Shown piece by piece: positions 48,696-59,062 of a stretch of 64,000 bases of DNA. Under the pieces are notes generated by a model. It was not told where the DNA came from. It searched no databases and saw nothing but the letters and a program-made list of their open reading frames with translations. A program made the position numbers and the translations under genes. The stretch is from Steroidobacteraceae bacterium. GTDB lineage: Bacteria > Pseudomonadota > Gammaproteobacteria > Steroidobacterales > Steroidobacteraceae. Position 1 is the stretch's first letter, and the number at the start of each line of letters is the position of its first letter. The DNA lies in NCBI GenBank assembly GCA_050012215.1, contig JBEKHO010000017.1, forward strand, positions 13,888 to 77,887. The letters are read 5' to 3'.

Positions 48696-50048
48696 CTAGG
48701 CCGCAGCCACCGCGGCCTGCGCCAAGGCGGCATCGTAGGTTCGCGAGTCGACCTTGAGATAAACCAACCGCTCCTCCGACACCACCACAGCCTCGGCCAC
48801 TCCGGGTACTCGACGCAACCCTGCCACGAGCGCCGCGGCGTCGAAGGATCGATCGTCGGCGATACGGATGAAGCGGGTGGTCAGGTAGCTCGGCTGTTTC
48901 ATGGTGGCGGCCAACAGGAGCCAGAGTATGCACAGCCCGAGAGAGGCGACGAAGACCGCGTTGCCGCCGAGCTTCTCGAGAATCGAGCCGCCGACGATGC
49001 CGCCCACGAAAATACCGAGAAATTGCGAAGTCGAGAAGATGCCGGCGGCCGTCCCCTTGGCGGCGGGCGGTGCGGTCTTGGTGACCAGCGAAGGCAGGGT
49101 TGCTTCCATCACGTTGAAGCCCGCGAAAAACAAGGTGATGGCAGCGATCACCACGAACGCGCCTGTCCCGGCGAGGAACAGGCATTGGCTCAACGCCAGC
49201 GCTGCAACCGATACGATGAAAACGGTCTTCATGCGCCGATACTTCTCGGCGACGATGATGGCCGGCACCAGTATCGCCACGGAGCACAGCAGCACCGGCA
49301 GATAGACTATCCACTGATGGTGGCTGTCGATGTGCAGACTCGAGCGGAGCAACGCCGGTACGCGTAAAAAGCTCGCGGTGAGCATCGCGTGCAGCGCGAA
49401 AACGCCGAAGTCCAGCCGCCGAAGCTCCGGCTCTGCGGCAATCGATTTCAGCAGCGAAGGCACGGTCTCGGCATCCCGATGCACGGCCAGCACCAGAGGC
49501 CTCGGCACCACGAAGGCCGTGATCCAGATTCCGACGAGTGCCAACCCGACCATGGACCAAAAGATTCCGGGCACACCGATGAGGCCGGCGAGCAGGGGGC
49601 CGGTGATCAGCGCGAACATGAATGCGCCACCGATGCTGACCCCGACGACCGCCATCGCCTGGGTGCGTCTGTCCTCCGCGGTCAGATCCGCCACCAGCGC
49701 CAGAATGACCGAGCCGACGGCGCCGCTTCCCTGCAGCACGCGCCCCACGATGACGCCGTCGATCGTAGAGGAGAGCGCCGCCACCGCACTGCCTGCGCCG
49801 AACAATATGAGCCCCAGCACGATCATCGGCTTGCGCCCCACCCGATCGGAGAGCAGCCCGAACGGTATCTGCAAAAGCCCCTGGCTCAACCCGTAAATGC
49901 CGAGCGCCAGCCCGATTTTGAACGGCGTCGCGCCGGATAATTGCCGCGCATAGTCGGCAAATACCGGGTAGATCATGAAGAGGCCCAAAAGCCTCACCGA
50001 AAAGACGGCGGCTAACGAGCCGACCGCACGCAACTCCTGCTTTTCCAT
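48696..50048 (-). CDS. yajR: MFS transporter, YajR-like, with C-terminal YAM-type cytoplasmic domain
   Basis: ATG at 50048. Long colinear similarity by eye to E. coli YajR (IGIYGL.Q...QIPFGLLSDR.GRKP..., LQGSGA...). A ~65-aa tail follows the last TM (RFIRIADDRSFDAAALVAGLRRVPGVAEAVVV...). Confidence 0.7.
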   Translation of the reverse strand: MEKQELRAVGSLAAVFSVRLLGLFMIYPVFADYARQLSGATPFKIGLALGIYGLSQGLLQIPFGLLSDRVGRKPMIVLGLILFGAGSAVAALSSTIDGVIVGRVLQGSGAVGSVILALVADLTAEDRRTQAMAVVGVSIGGAFMFALITGPLLAGLIGVPGIFWSMVGLALVGIWITAFVVPRPLVLAVHRDAETVPSLLKSIAAEPELRRLDFGVFALHAMLTASFLRVPALLRSSLHIDSHHQWIVYLPVLLCSVAILVPAIIVAEKYRRMKTVFIVSVAALALSQCLFLAGTGAFVVIAAITLFFAGFNVMEATLPSLVTKTAPPAAKGTAAGIFSTSQFLGIFVGGIVGGSILEKLGGNAVFVASLGLCILWLLLAATMKQPSYLTTRFIRIADDRSFDAAALVAGLRRVPGVAEAVVVSEERLVYLKVDSRTYDAALAQAAVAAA

Positions 50049-50221
50049 AGTCAAACAGCCGATGGCTCTCAATCGCATCCGAAGCGGATCGACGCATACT
50101 ACAAGAAGGGGCGGGCGGTACGCCTACCTTTGGCACGACCGCAGTCACATCCGGATTTATGCGTAGTTCGGCGGCCGTTGTTCGTATTGGAAACAGAGCG
50201 CCCGGACTTCATAAAGAGAGC

Positions 50222-50464
50222 ATGGAACCGTCGATGAAATTTCCCCAGGGCCCACAGGGAATAAGCGTCGATGATGTCGCCAAACTGGCTCATTCGTTCC
50301 ATGTCAGCCGGGAGGTCGTACTCGATCTGTACGATGCGCAATATCGGCGCTTGGCGCAGAGCGCCCGAATCCGTCAATACGTCGATCTGCTGGCCTTCAA
50401 GAACACCCGCCTCGCGCTGCATGAGATTGCCGCGCCCCATCGGATGTCGCTTCGACCTGAATGA
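50222..50464 (+). CDS. DUF3562-like small protein
   Basis: Core ISVDDVAKLAHSFHVSREVVLDLYDAQYRRLAQSARIRQYVDLLAFKNTR resembles DUF3562 proteins as I recall them. Start is uncertain (50159, 50222 or 50234). Confidence 0.5.
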   Translation: MEPSMKFPQGPQGISVDDVAKLAHSFHVSREVVLDLYDAQYRRLAQSARIRQYVDLLAFKNTRLALHEIAAPHRMSLRPE

Positions 50465-50541
50465 CGTCGGTCGCTAGTTAGTGTAACTTGGCGGGCTGCA
50501 ATCCCGCGCCGCCCCGCCCTCACTTGGCACCCCACACCCCA

Positions 50542-51618
50542 ATGTCGTCACCCGTGCCATCCCTCGAGACGCAGAACGCAACCGGTGGAGGAGCGGCGGC
50601 TCGCTCGTCGAAGACCGTGCGAATCGCCTTGTTGATACTCGCCCTTCTCCTCATCGGGTTGGCCGTCATCTGGTGGTTGGGCCGCCGTCATGTCGCGACC
50701 GAGCTTGCCCTGTACGGCAACGTCGATCTTCGTCAGGTGGATCTGCCCTTCAACGGCAGCGAACGCATTGCCGCCGTGCTGGTCCAGGAAGGCGATCACG
50801 TCAAGAAAGAGCAACTGCTCGCGCGTTTGGAAACGAGCCGGCTCGCGCCGCAGGTGGCCAAGGCCGAAGCCGACCTGGCCGCGCAGCAGCAAGCGGTGGA
50901 TCGGTTGCATCACGGCAATCGGCCGGAGGAGATCGCGCAGGCTCGCGCCAACGTGCAGGCCGCCGCCGCCGACGCCGGAAACGCCGACGCGCAATGGGCG
51001 CGGCTCCGCACTCTCTCCGAGAGCTCTACGGGCCGCGGGGTGAGCCGCCAGGACATGGATTCCGCCAAGGCTGCCGTCGACACTGCCGAAGCCCGTCTGG
51101 AGGTAAATCGCAAGGCATTGGCGCTCGAGCTCGCCGGTCCGCGCAAGGAGGACATCGCTCAGGGCGAGGCGCAGCTGCGTGCCGATGAGGCAGAGCTCGC
51201 CCTGGTCCGTCAGCAGCTCGAGGACGCCGATCTCAAGGCGCCCCTCGATGCGGTCGTGCGCTCGCGCATCGTCGAGCCCGGCGACATCTCCTCGCCTCAG
51301 AAGGCGGCCTTCACGCTCGCCATCACCGATCCGAAATGGGTGCGGGCCTATGTGGCCGAAACGGATCTGGGCGCCGTGCGCGAGGGCCTGAAAGCCTCGG
51401 TCTCGGTGGATGCGTTTGGCGGCCGCGATTTCCCAGCCTGGATCGGATTCATATCCTCCGTGGCGGAATTCACGCCGAAATCGGTCGAGACGACGGAGCT
51501 GCGCTCGAGCCTCGTGTACGAGATCCGCGTATTCGTCAATGACCCCCGCGATGAGCTCCGTCTGGGAATGCCGGCAACCGTACACATCCCCCTCGGGCAG
51601 GGTCGCCGCAGCCAATGA
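50542..51618 (+). CDS. ybhG: HlyD-family membrane fusion protein (YbhG-like)
   Basis: ATG at 50542. N-terminal TM, coiled-coil hairpin (QVAKAEADLAAQQQAV...), beta-barrel C-terminus (LRLGMPATVHI). ATGA overlap with the ATPase gene. Confidence 0.85.
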   Translation: MSSPVPSLETQNATGGGAAARSSKTVRIALLILALLLIGLAVIWWLGRRHVATELALYGNVDLRQVDLPFNGSERIAAVLVQEGDHVKKEQLLARLETSRLAPQVAKAEADLAAQQQAVDRLHHGNRPEEIAQARANVQAAAADAGNADAQWARLRTLSESSTGRGVSRQDMDSAKAAVDTAEARLEVNRKALALELAGPRKEDIAQGEAQLRADEAELALVRQQLEDADLKAPLDAVVRSRIVEPGDISSPQKAAFTLAITDPKWVRAYVAETDLGAVREGLKASVSVDAFGGRDFPAWIGFISSVAEFTPKSVETTELRSSLVYEIRVFVNDPRDELRLGMPATVHIPLGQGRRSQ

Positions 51619-53387
51619 GCAGCGCGGCTCGCGGTACGCCGGCCGTGATCGCACAGACTCTGCGCAAGGCGTTTACGCGCGAGCATGACGCCCCGGTGTG
51701 CGCCCTCGACGGCGTATCGCTCGAAGCGCTTCATGGGGAGCTCACCGCGTTGGTGGGCCCGGACGGGGCCGGCAAAACCACCCTGATGCGCTTGGCTGCG
51801 GGGCTGCTGCGTGCCGATACGGGCTCGCTTCAGGTGCTCGGTATCGATGTGGCGGCGGATCCGCAGAAGGTTCAGGACCGCATCAGCTACATGCCGCAGC
51901 GCTTCGGCCTTTACGAGGATCTAACGGTCGCGGAAAACCTGGATCTGTACGCGGACCTGCACGGCGTGAGCGCGGCGGAGCGGGCACAGCGCTATCCGGA
52001 GCTCATGGAGATGACCGCGCTTGGGGCCTTCACCACGCGTCTTGCAGGACTGCTGTCGGGCGGCATGAAACAGAAGCTCGGCTTGGCCTGCACGCTGGTC
52101 CGCTCGCCGGATCTGCTGCTGCTCGACGAACCGACCGTCGGGGTCGATCCCTTGTCCCGGCGCGAACTGTGGGACATCGTGCGGCGCCTGGTCGCCGATC
52201 GGGGACTGACGGTCCTGCTCAGCACCGCCTATCTCGATGAGGCGGAGCGATGCAGTCGCGTGATCATGCTGCATGAGGGTCACGTGCTCTCCCAGGGCTT
52301 GCCGCAGCAGGTGGCCGACAAGGCAGCCGGGCGCAGTTTCGTCGCCACTCCTGCGGCGGGCCAGTCGGCGCGCAGCCTCCAGGCACGGCTCCTCGACCGG
52401 CCGGACATCGTCGATGCGGTGCCCGATGGAGGACGCGTGCGCTTCGTGCGTGCTGCCACCGGCGCTGCGGTCGATGAGACGATGCCGGATCTGAACGCCC
52501 GGCCCGTCGCGCCCCGGTTCGAGGACGGCTTCATGATCCTGCTGCGAGAGCACTCCCCTCGCGAGCGCGTAAGCACCATCGCCGTCGCGCACCCTCTCGC
52601 GGTGCGCGATGAAGCGGCCGTCGTGCGGGTGCATCAGCTGGTGAAGCGATTCGGCACCTTCACGGCGGTTGATCGCATCGACTTCGAAGTGAACCGCGGC
52701 CAGATCTTCGGGCTCCTCGGACCCAATGGGGCCGGCAAGACGACCACGTTTCGCATGCTCTGCGGTTTGCTCACCCCGAGCGGCGGAGAACTGCGCGTAG
52801 CGGGCGCCGACGTGCGCGACGCACCGGCCTCAGCGCGCGCGCGACTCGGGTACGTCGCGCAAAAGTTCTCGCTCTATGGCCCCTTGAGCGTGACCGAGAA
52901 CCTGGAGTTCTTCGCGAGCGCATACGGCCTGCGCGGCGAGCGCAAGCGCGAACGCATCGGCTGGGCGATGGCGCAGTTCGAGCTGGGCGCGCACGCGAGC
53001 GCCACCAGCGCGCAACTTCCCGGCGGCTACAAACAGCGCCTCGCCATGGCCGCGGCGTTGCTGCACGAGCCCGAGATCCTGTTCCTCGATGAGCCGACCA
53101 GCGGCGCCGACCCTCTGGCGCGTCGCGCTTTCTGGCGCCGCATCACCGCGCTCGCCGAGCAGGGCGTGACCATCATCGTCACCACCCATTTCATGCAAGA
53201 GGCGGAATACTGCGACCGCGTTGCGATCATGGATTCCGGCCGGATTCTGGCACAGGGTTCGCCGGCGCAGGTGCGCGAGTTGGCGCGCACCGACGCGAGG
53301 CCCGAGCCGAGCATGGATGATGCCTTCATCGCCGTCGTCGAGCGGTCCCGCGAACGGCCGAACGCACCCGTCGCGAGGTCCGCATGA
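51615..53387 (+). CDS. ybhF: ABC transporter ATP-binding protein with two fused NBDs (YbhF-like)
   Basis: 590 aa. Two Walker A motifs (GPDGAGKTT, GPNGAGKTT). Two signatures (LSGGMKQK, LPGGYKQR). Two Walker B motifs (LLLDEPT, LFLDEPT). Confidence 0.9.
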   Translation: MSSAARGTPAVIAQTLRKAFTREHDAPVCALDGVSLEALHGELTALVGPDGAGKTTLMRLAAGLLRADTGSLQVLGIDVAADPQKVQDRISYMPQRFGLYEDLTVAENLDLYADLHGVSAAERAQRYPELMEMTALGAFTTRLAGLLSGGMKQKLGLACTLVRSPDLLLLDEPTVGVDPLSRRELWDIVRRLVADRGLTVLLSTAYLDEAERCSRVIMLHEGHVLSQGLPQQVADKAAGRSFVATPAAGQSARSLQARLLDRPDIVDAVPDGGRVRFVRAATGAAVDETMPDLNARPVAPRFEDGFMILLREHSPRERVSTIAVAHPLAVRDEAAVVRVHQLVKRFGTFTAVDRIDFEVNRGQIFGLLGPNGAGKTTTFRMLCGLLTPSGGELRVAGADVRDAPASARARLGYVAQKFSLYGPLSVTENLEFFASAYGLRGERKRERIGWAMAQFELGAHASATSAQLPGGYKQRLAMAAALLHEPEILFLDEPTSGADPLARRAFWRRITALAEQGVTIIVTTHFMQEAEYCDRVAIMDSGRILAQGSPAQVRELARTDARPEPSMDDAFIAVVERSRERPNAPVARSA

Positions 53388-54508
53388 CCCAGGGCAGGAA
53401 ACTTCAGCGCATCCGAGCGCTGGTTTGGAAGGAAACCCGCCAAATCGTGCGCGACCCCTCCAGCGTCGCCATCGGCGCGGTGCTGCCACTGATCCTCATC
53501 CTGTTGTTCGGTTACGGGCTGTCGCTCGACGTCAAGAATGTGCCCGTCGCCGTCGTGATCGAATATCCCGCTGCCGAGGCGATCGAGCTCGCGGCCGGGT
53601 TTCAGCTCTCGCCCTACTTCAAACCGGTGATGCTCCGATCCATGCCACCGGCGCAGCAGATGCTGCTCGAGCATCGAGTGGACGGCATCGTGCGCATCTC
53701 CGCGGATTTCTCCCGCCGCATCGCCGCCGGTGACGCCGCTGTGCAGCTGATCGTCCACGGCGGCGATGCCAACCGGGCACGAATCATCGAGGGGTACGTC
53801 CAGGGTATCGTTGCGGTCTGGTCGTCGCGGCTGGCGGCTCAAGGACAGCCGGGCGCGAGCCCGCCGGCCGGGGTGCAGACGCGCCTTTGGTTCAACGAAG
53901 CCGATGACAGCCGGTATTTTCTGGTCCCCGGTTTGATCGTCCTGGTGATGACACTGATCGGCGGCTTGTTGACGGCCATGGTCATGGCCCGTGAATGGGA
54001 GCGCGGCACCCTCGAGTCGCTGTTCGTCACGCCGGTGCGCAGCGATGAGATCCTGCTCGGCAAGACCATCCCGTATTTCGTGCTCTCGTTGTTCGGTTTC
54101 GCGCTTTGCGTGCTGTCTGCGAAGTTCCTGTTCCACGTGCCCCTGCGCGGCTCGATGTGGGTGCTGCTCGGCGCATCCATGCTGTATGTGCTCATCGCGC
54201 TCGGCATCGGATTGCTGATCTCGTCCTGGGTCAAGAATCAGCTGGTCGCGAGCCAGCTCACCATGCTGATCACCTTCATGCCCGCCTTCATGTTATCGGG
54301 CTTCCTGTTCGATCTGCGCAGCATGCCGACCGTGGTGCGATTGATCACCTACGTGCTTCCCGCACGCTACTACGTCGCGCTGCTGCAGAGCGTGTTTCTG
54401 GCCGGCGACGTATGGTCGGTCATCGTGCCGAACACGCTCGTGCTCGCGCTGATGGCCGCGGCGCTGGCGCTCGGCAGCCGCGCGGTCATGCACAAGACCC
54501 TGGCATGA
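53384..54508 (+). CDS. ybhS: ABC-2 type permease (YbhS-like)
   Basis: 374 aa. N-terminus KETRQIVRDPSS, a large periplasmic loop, then 5 further TMs. 4-nt overlaps on both sides. Confidence 0.85.
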   Translation: MTQGRKLQRIRALVWKETRQIVRDPSSVAIGAVLPLILILLFGYGLSLDVKNVPVAVVIEYPAAEAIELAAGFQLSPYFKPVMLRSMPPAQQMLLEHRVDGIVRISADFSRRIAAGDAAVQLIVHGGDANRARIIEGYVQGIVAVWSSRLAAQGQPGASPPAGVQTRLWFNEADDSRYFLVPGLIVLVMTLIGGLLTAMVMAREWERGTLESLFVTPVRSDEILLGKTIPYFVLSLFGFALCVLSAKFLFHVPLRGSMWVLLGASMLYVLIALGIGLLISSWVKNQLVASQLTMLITFMPAFMLSGFLFDLRSMPTVVRLITYVLPARYYVALLQSVFLAGDVWSVIVPNTLVLALMAAALALGSRAVMHKTLA

Positions 54509-55632
54509 ATCGCGTGCTGGAAAGCCTGCTGCGCATCCTCGCCTTGACACGCAAGGAATTGCTCGCGGTGCTGAAGGATCGGCGCAGCCGGCTGAGTCTT
54601 CTCATACCGCCGGTGGTGCAGGCGCTGATCTTCGGATATGCGGCCACCTATGACCTCAACCACGTCACTTACGCGGCGCTCGATCGGGACCATACCGCCG
54701 CTTCCCGGCAGCTGCTTGCCGGGCTCGACGGATCGGGCGTCTTCGAGCGCGTCGCGGACGTGCAACGAGCGAGCGACGTCAAATCGTTGATCGACGCGCG
54801 CCGCGTGCTGCTGGTGGTGCAGATCGATCCCGAGTTCGAACGGCATCTGCTCTCCGGCGGGAGCGCCGACGTACAGGTGATCGCCGATGGACGCAACTCC
54901 AACACCGCGGGCACCGCGCTCGGCTACCTCACGGGCATCGTCCAGCAATTCAACGCCGTTTGGAGCGGCGACCATGGTTCGCCGTTTCAGCCGGTGCAGA
55001 TCGTCACCCGCGCCTGGTATAACCCGAACCTCGAGACTCGTTGGTTCATGATTCCCGGCATGATCGGCACGCTGACGCTGATCCAGACCATGATGCTCAC
55101 CGCCATGTCGGTCGCGCGCGAGCGCGAGCAGGGAACTTTCGATCAGTTGCTGGTGACGCCCTTTCGCCCCTTCGAGATCATGGCGGGCAAGGCGCTGCCC
55201 TCCATGGTAGTCGGCACGATCCAGGCCGGCGGGGTGCTGCTGGTCGCCCAGCTCTGGTTCCGCATCCCATTTGTCGGTTCCTACGCGACGCTCTTTGCGG
55301 GCCTGCTCCTGTTTCTGCTCGCCGCCGTGGGCATCGGTCTGCTGATCTCCGCCGTGGCCGCCACGATGCAGCAGGCGATGCTCTATTCCATGCTGTTGAT
55401 CATGCCGTTCTCGCTGCTTTCGGGTCTCACCACCCCGATCAGCAGCATGCCGGCCGCCGTACAATACCTGACCGCGATCAACCCGCTGCGCTACGCGATC
55501 GACATCACGCGGCGTGTCTACCTGGAGGGAACGGGGCTCGAACTGTTGATCCCCGATCTGTGGCCGCTCGCGCTGATCGCGGCGCTCACCCTGACGGCGG
55601 CTTCCTGGATGTTCAGTCACCGCATGCAATGA
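54505..55632 (+). CDS. ybhR: ABC-2 type permease (YbhR-like)
   Basis: ATG at 54505 (ATGA overlap). N-terminus RKELLAVLKDRRS. Same topology as the preceding permease. Confidence 0.85.
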   Translation: MNRVLESLLRILALTRKELLAVLKDRRSRLSLLIPPVVQALIFGYAATYDLNHVTYAALDRDHTAASRQLLAGLDGSGVFERVADVQRASDVKSLIDARRVLLVVQIDPEFERHLLSGGSADVQVIADGRNSNTAGTALGYLTGIVQQFNAVWSGDHGSPFQPVQIVTRAWYNPNLETRWFMIPGMIGTLTLIQTMMLTAMSVAREREQGTFDQLLVTPFRPFEIMAGKALPSMVVGTIQAGGVLLVAQLWFRIPFVGSYATLFAGLLLFLLAAVGIGLLISAVAATMQQAMLYSMLLIMPFSLLSGLTTPISSMPAAVQYLTAINPLRYAIDITRRVYLEGTGLELLIPDLWPLALIAALTLTAASWMFSHRMQ

Positions 55633-57134
55633 TCGCCGTGAGCAACCCGCACCGCCATACCCGAACCGCCCCGCTGAGTGTCGTCTTGATGGCGTTGCTC
55701 CTCGCGTCGTGCACCGTCGGACCGAACTTCGTTGCGCCCAAACCGCAGACCCCCGAACATTGGTCGGCTCCGGTTGCCGCCGACACATCCGCGCCGACGG
55801 GCAGCCTGCACGAGCAGCCCGCGCAGCTCGGCGCCTGGTGGAATGTGTTTCAGGACCCGGTGCTCAGCTCGCTGATCGAGCGAGGGCTCAACGCCAATCT
55901 GGACTTGCGTGCCGCGGTGTTGCGGGTCGAGGAGGCACGCACCCAGCGCGCGATCGCAGCGGCAGGCTACTGGCCTTCCATCACCGCCGACGCGTCCTAC
56001 AGCCGACAACGGTTGAGTGAGACCACACCCACCGGCTCGCTGTTCAACTCGATCGGCAACGTTCGACTGCCCGGCGGAGCCGGCATCAGCATCCCCAATC
56101 CCTACAATCAGTTTCAGTTGAGCGCCGACGCCAGCTGGGAACTGGATCTGTTTGGCCGCGTGCGCCGCTCGGTGGAGGCCGCGGACGCCTCCGTTCAAGT
56201 CTCGGTGGAGGATCAGCGATTGGTCCGTGTCTCCGTGCTTGCCGATGTGGCGCAAAGCTATACCGAGCTTCGCGGCGCGCAGGCGCGGCTTCGAGTAGCC
56301 AGGGAGAACCTCGCCACCATCGAGGAGCTGCTCGACCTGACGCGGCAGCGGCGTGCGGCGGGACTGACCACCCACATCGACGTGAGCAATGCGACCGCTG
56401 AGGCGACCGCGACCCGCGCCGAGCTGCCCTCCTTCGAGCTTCAAATCACCCAGAACATCAATCAGCTGAGCAAGCTCCTCGCTCGCGAACCCGAGGCGCT
56501 GCGCGGCGAACTCGGGACGCCCGCACCCGTACCTTCCGTGCCCCGAGATGTCTCCATCGGACTGCCCGCCGAGCTGGCGCGCCGCCGGCCAGATATCCGC
56601 GAGGCCGAGGCGAACCTGCACGCCGCCACCGCACAGATCGGCGTCGCCGTGGCGGACCTCTTTCCCCGGCTTACGCTGTCCGCAATGGGGGGCTTTCAAT
56701 CCGAGACCACGGACAATCTGCTGAGCTGGGCCAGCCGCTTTGGCTCGTTCGGACCCGCCCTCGATCTGCCCGTGCTCGATCGCGGGCGCTGGAAGACGGT
56801 GCGCCTGTACAACGTACGGGCCCGGGAATCCGCCCTCGCCTATCAGCGCACGGTGTTGAACGCCTTGCACGAAGTCGAGAACTCGGCGGCCGCGTATCAC
56901 GCGGACCTGGAGCGGCGCACCTGGCTCGATGCGACGGTCGCAGAGAATCGTGACGCATTGATGCTGTCGCGTCAGCGCTATGAGAACGGGGTCATCACCT
57001 TCATCGACGTACTGGATGTCGAGCGCACGCTGCAGCAGAACGAGCTCTCGCTCGCCGACAGCACCACCGCGGCCAGCGCGGATCTCGTGGGGCTGTACCG
57101 CGCGCTCGGCGGGGGCTGGGAGCCGCCTCCCTAG
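55629..57134 (+). CDS. NodT/OprM-family outer membrane factor lipoprotein
   Basis: ATG at 55629 (ATGA overlap). Lipobox LLLASC followed by TVGPNF. Typical OMF repeats (DLRAAVLRVEEAR..., PDIREAEANLHAA...) and ending LYRALGGGW. Confidence 0.9.
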   Translation: MIAVSNPHRHTRTAPLSVVLMALLLASCTVGPNFVAPKPQTPEHWSAPVAADTSAPTGSLHEQPAQLGAWWNVFQDPVLSSLIERGLNANLDLRAAVLRVEEARTQRAIAAAGYWPSITADASYSRQRLSETTPTGSLFNSIGNVRLPGGAGISIPNPYNQFQLSADASWELDLFGRVRRSVEAADASVQVSVEDQRLVRVSVLADVAQSYTELRGAQARLRVARENLATIEELLDLTRQRRAAGLTTHIDVSNATAEATATRAELPSFELQITQNINQLSKLLAREPEALRGELGTPAPVPSVPRDVSIGLPAELARRRPDIREAEANLHAATAQIGVAVADLFPRLTLSAMGGFQSETTDNLLSWASRFGSFGPALDLPVLDRGRWKTVRLYNVRARESALAYQRTVLNALHEVENSAAAYHADLERRTWLDATVAENRDALMLSRQRYENGVITFIDVLDVERTLQQNELSLADSTTAASADLVGLYRALGGGWEPPP

Positions 57135-58582
57135 CCTGACCCTGCGCGAACTTGCTGCGCCCAATCGGAGGCCGTCGTATCGACCCGAATGACGCAGGCT
57201 TCTTCCTCGGGTGTCAGCGTCTCCATCCGATCGAGCTGCGTCTCGAGCACGGCGACATCGGCATCCGAGGGATCGAGGGCCGAGCGAGCACCGATGCGGC
57301 GGATCAGTTCAGCCTTGGTTGCCATGCACGCAATGATCGAGAAACCGACCTGCCGACGAGCCGCCAGCGCGCGAAATGCCTGCCGATCGGCCAGATTCAG
57401 GAAACTCGCATCGACGATGGTGCAGAGGCCGGCGGCCAGCGAGGTTTCCGCGCAGTCCGCCAAATGCCGATACACCCGTTCACGCGCCTCGGCAGCATAG
57501 AGGTCCGCGGTCCCCGAGCCCAGGCGCTTGCGCTCCAGATCCGAGCGCATTCGAATGGCGCCGAGCATCGACACGAGACGCGCGCTCAACCAGGATTTCC
57601 CGGACCCGGACGCGCCATGCATGATGTAGAGGGTCGGCCTCGGCGGAGAGGTAAATTCCATCGCCGTGCGCGTCCGGGCGAGGAACCGGTCGGTGAGAGC
57701 GCGCGCATCCGCCGGCCGTTGCTCGGCGCTGAGCGCGTCGACCATGGCGCGGACCAAGGCCCGATACACCGCATGGAAGGTGAGCGTCTGCACCCCGGCA
57801 TAATCACCGCTGGCTTCCAAGTAGCTGCTCAGCAGTTGCGATGCCAGATCCTTGCGCTGGTAACTGCTGAGATCCATATAAAGAAATGCGATATCGCTCA
57901 TCACGTCGATGAAGCGCAGGTTGGGATCGAATTCCAGACAATCGAAGGGTGTGAGACGGCCCTCCCAGCGCACGATGTTCGAGGCATGCAGATCGCCGTG
58001 ACACTCGCGCACGAAGCCGCGCGCCTGCCGCTCGGCGAACACCGGCAACAGATCGTGCAGTTCGTCGTGCGTCCAGTCGCTCAGATGCCCGAGCTCCGGC
58101 ACTTTCGTGCTCGCGGGGAGGTGCGCGATGAGCGTTGCCAGATTGCCGAGCACCGATTGGCGCAGATGCCGCTGGTAGTCGAACTCGCCGGCCGCGGCGG
58201 CTAGCGCCGCACTCTCGTGGAATTGCGCCAAGCGCTCAGCCAGCGCCGCGATCTCGGCGTTGCTCACGTCCTCCCGTCCGAGCAATGAAGGCAACTCCTC
58301 GGACGCGTCGAACTGGCGCATTTTCACGGCATAGTCGACGATGGGTCCGGAGCCCCCGACGCGCAAACCCTGCGCGTCACGGGTCACCGTCACTACATCC
58401 AGGTACAGGTCCGGAGCCAGGCGCCTGTTGAGCCTGACCTCCTCCTGACAAAGCATGTGGCGATGCGACAAGCTCGTCATGTCCAGAAATTCGAGTTTGA
58501 CGGGCTTTTTCAACTTGTAGCTGAAATCGCCCGTGAGGATCACCCAGGAGACATGCGTCTCATGCAACCGGATCTCGCCCAC
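57131..58582 (-). CDS. bifunctional aminoglycoside-phosphotransferase-like kinase / P-loop (AAA_33-type) ATP-binding protein
   Basis: 483 aa with a GTG start. N-terminal half ETHVSWVILTGDFSYKLKKPV...HGDLHASNIV (APH/protein-kinase-like catalytic loop). C-terminal half has Walker A HGASGSGKSWLS. Confidence 0.8.
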   Translation of the reverse strand: MGEIRLHETHVSWVILTGDFSYKLKKPVKLEFLDMTSLSHRHMLCQEEVRLNRRLAPDLYLDVVTVTRDAQGLRVGGSGPIVDYAVKMRQFDASEELPSLLGREDVSNAEIAALAERLAQFHESAALAAAAGEFDYQRHLRQSVLGNLATLIAHLPASTKVPELGHLSDWTHDELHDLLPVFAERQARGFVRECHGDLHASNIVRWEGRLTPFDCLEFDPNLRFIDVMSDIAFLYMDLSSYQRKDLASQLLSSYLEASGDYAGVQTLTFHAVYRALVRAMVDALSAEQRPADARALTDRFLARTRTAMEFTSPPRPTLYIMHGASGSGKSWLSARLVSMLGAIRMRSDLERKRLGSGTADLYAAEARERVYRHLADCAETSLAAGLCTIVDASFLNLADRQAFRALAARRQVGFSIIACMATKAELIRRIGARSALDPSDADVAVLETQLDRMETLTPEEEACVIRVDTTASDWAQQVRAGSG

Positions 58583-58642
58583 CGGGTGTGGGTACGCGGA
58601 CGGCCGAAGGAGTTGTTGAATATCGATAGTCGGCGCCGCCGA

Positions 58643-59062
58643 TTACCGGCTTCCATGTCCTGGAAAGTATTCGCGCACTTTGACGGTGATCTGCGGATCG
58701 GTCATTTTGTCCGCCGTTTCCACCCCGGCAACTCGCCCGCCGAGCTTATGCTTGTCGAGACGCTTCTTGAGTTCCCCCTTGGCCTCCCCCGGACCGAATA
58801 TCACCAAGGCATCCACGTCGCCGAGCGCAGCGATCACCGCATCGTAGTAGCCGTCGAGCTTTCCCGTAAAAGACCTTTGACGCCGGTCGTCCGCGGGCAC
58901 TTGACGCGCCTCGTAGGGACCTTTCAGGGGGGAGTCGCCCTCCCGCTCCGGGTGTTTTTCTACGTGTGACTCGAGATGGGTCGTTCGCACCTCCTCGGTG
59001 GGCCCGAGCAACACGATCACCGCATTTCGATGATCGATCCAAACGCCGCCTTTACCGCTCAT
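58643..59062 (-). CDS. small eRF1/Pelota-like (host-attachment-protein / baeRF-like) protein
   Basis: ATG at 59062, 139 aa. Matches host-attachment-protein-like proteins in N-terminal strand VWIDHRNAVIVLL, basic middle region, and YYDAVIAALGDVDALVIFGPGEAKGELKKRL...ETADKMTDPQI. The assignment is by eye only. Confidence 0.45.
   Translation of the reverse strand: MSGKGGVWIDHRNAVIVLLGPTEEVRTTHLESHVEKHPEREGDSPLKGPYEARQVPADDRRQRSFTGKLDGYYDAVIAALGDVDALVIFGPGEAKGELKKRLDKHKLGGRVAGVETADKMTDPQITVKVREYFPGHGSR

Noticed and set aside
54106-57134. Long ORF-track versions of ybhR-like (508 aa) and OMF (697 aa) genes with extended N-termini
   Set aside because: The extensions overlap the preceding genes in another frame. 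Internal ATGs at 54505 and 55629 give ATGA coupling and canonical N-termini (a permease start and a lipobox).
55617-58204. 515-aa (minus) and 350-aa (plus) ORFs antisense to the OMF gene and the kinase gene
   Set aside because: Both are mirror-frame artefacts. The sense genes carry a lipobox/OMF repeats and APH/P-loop motifs respectively.
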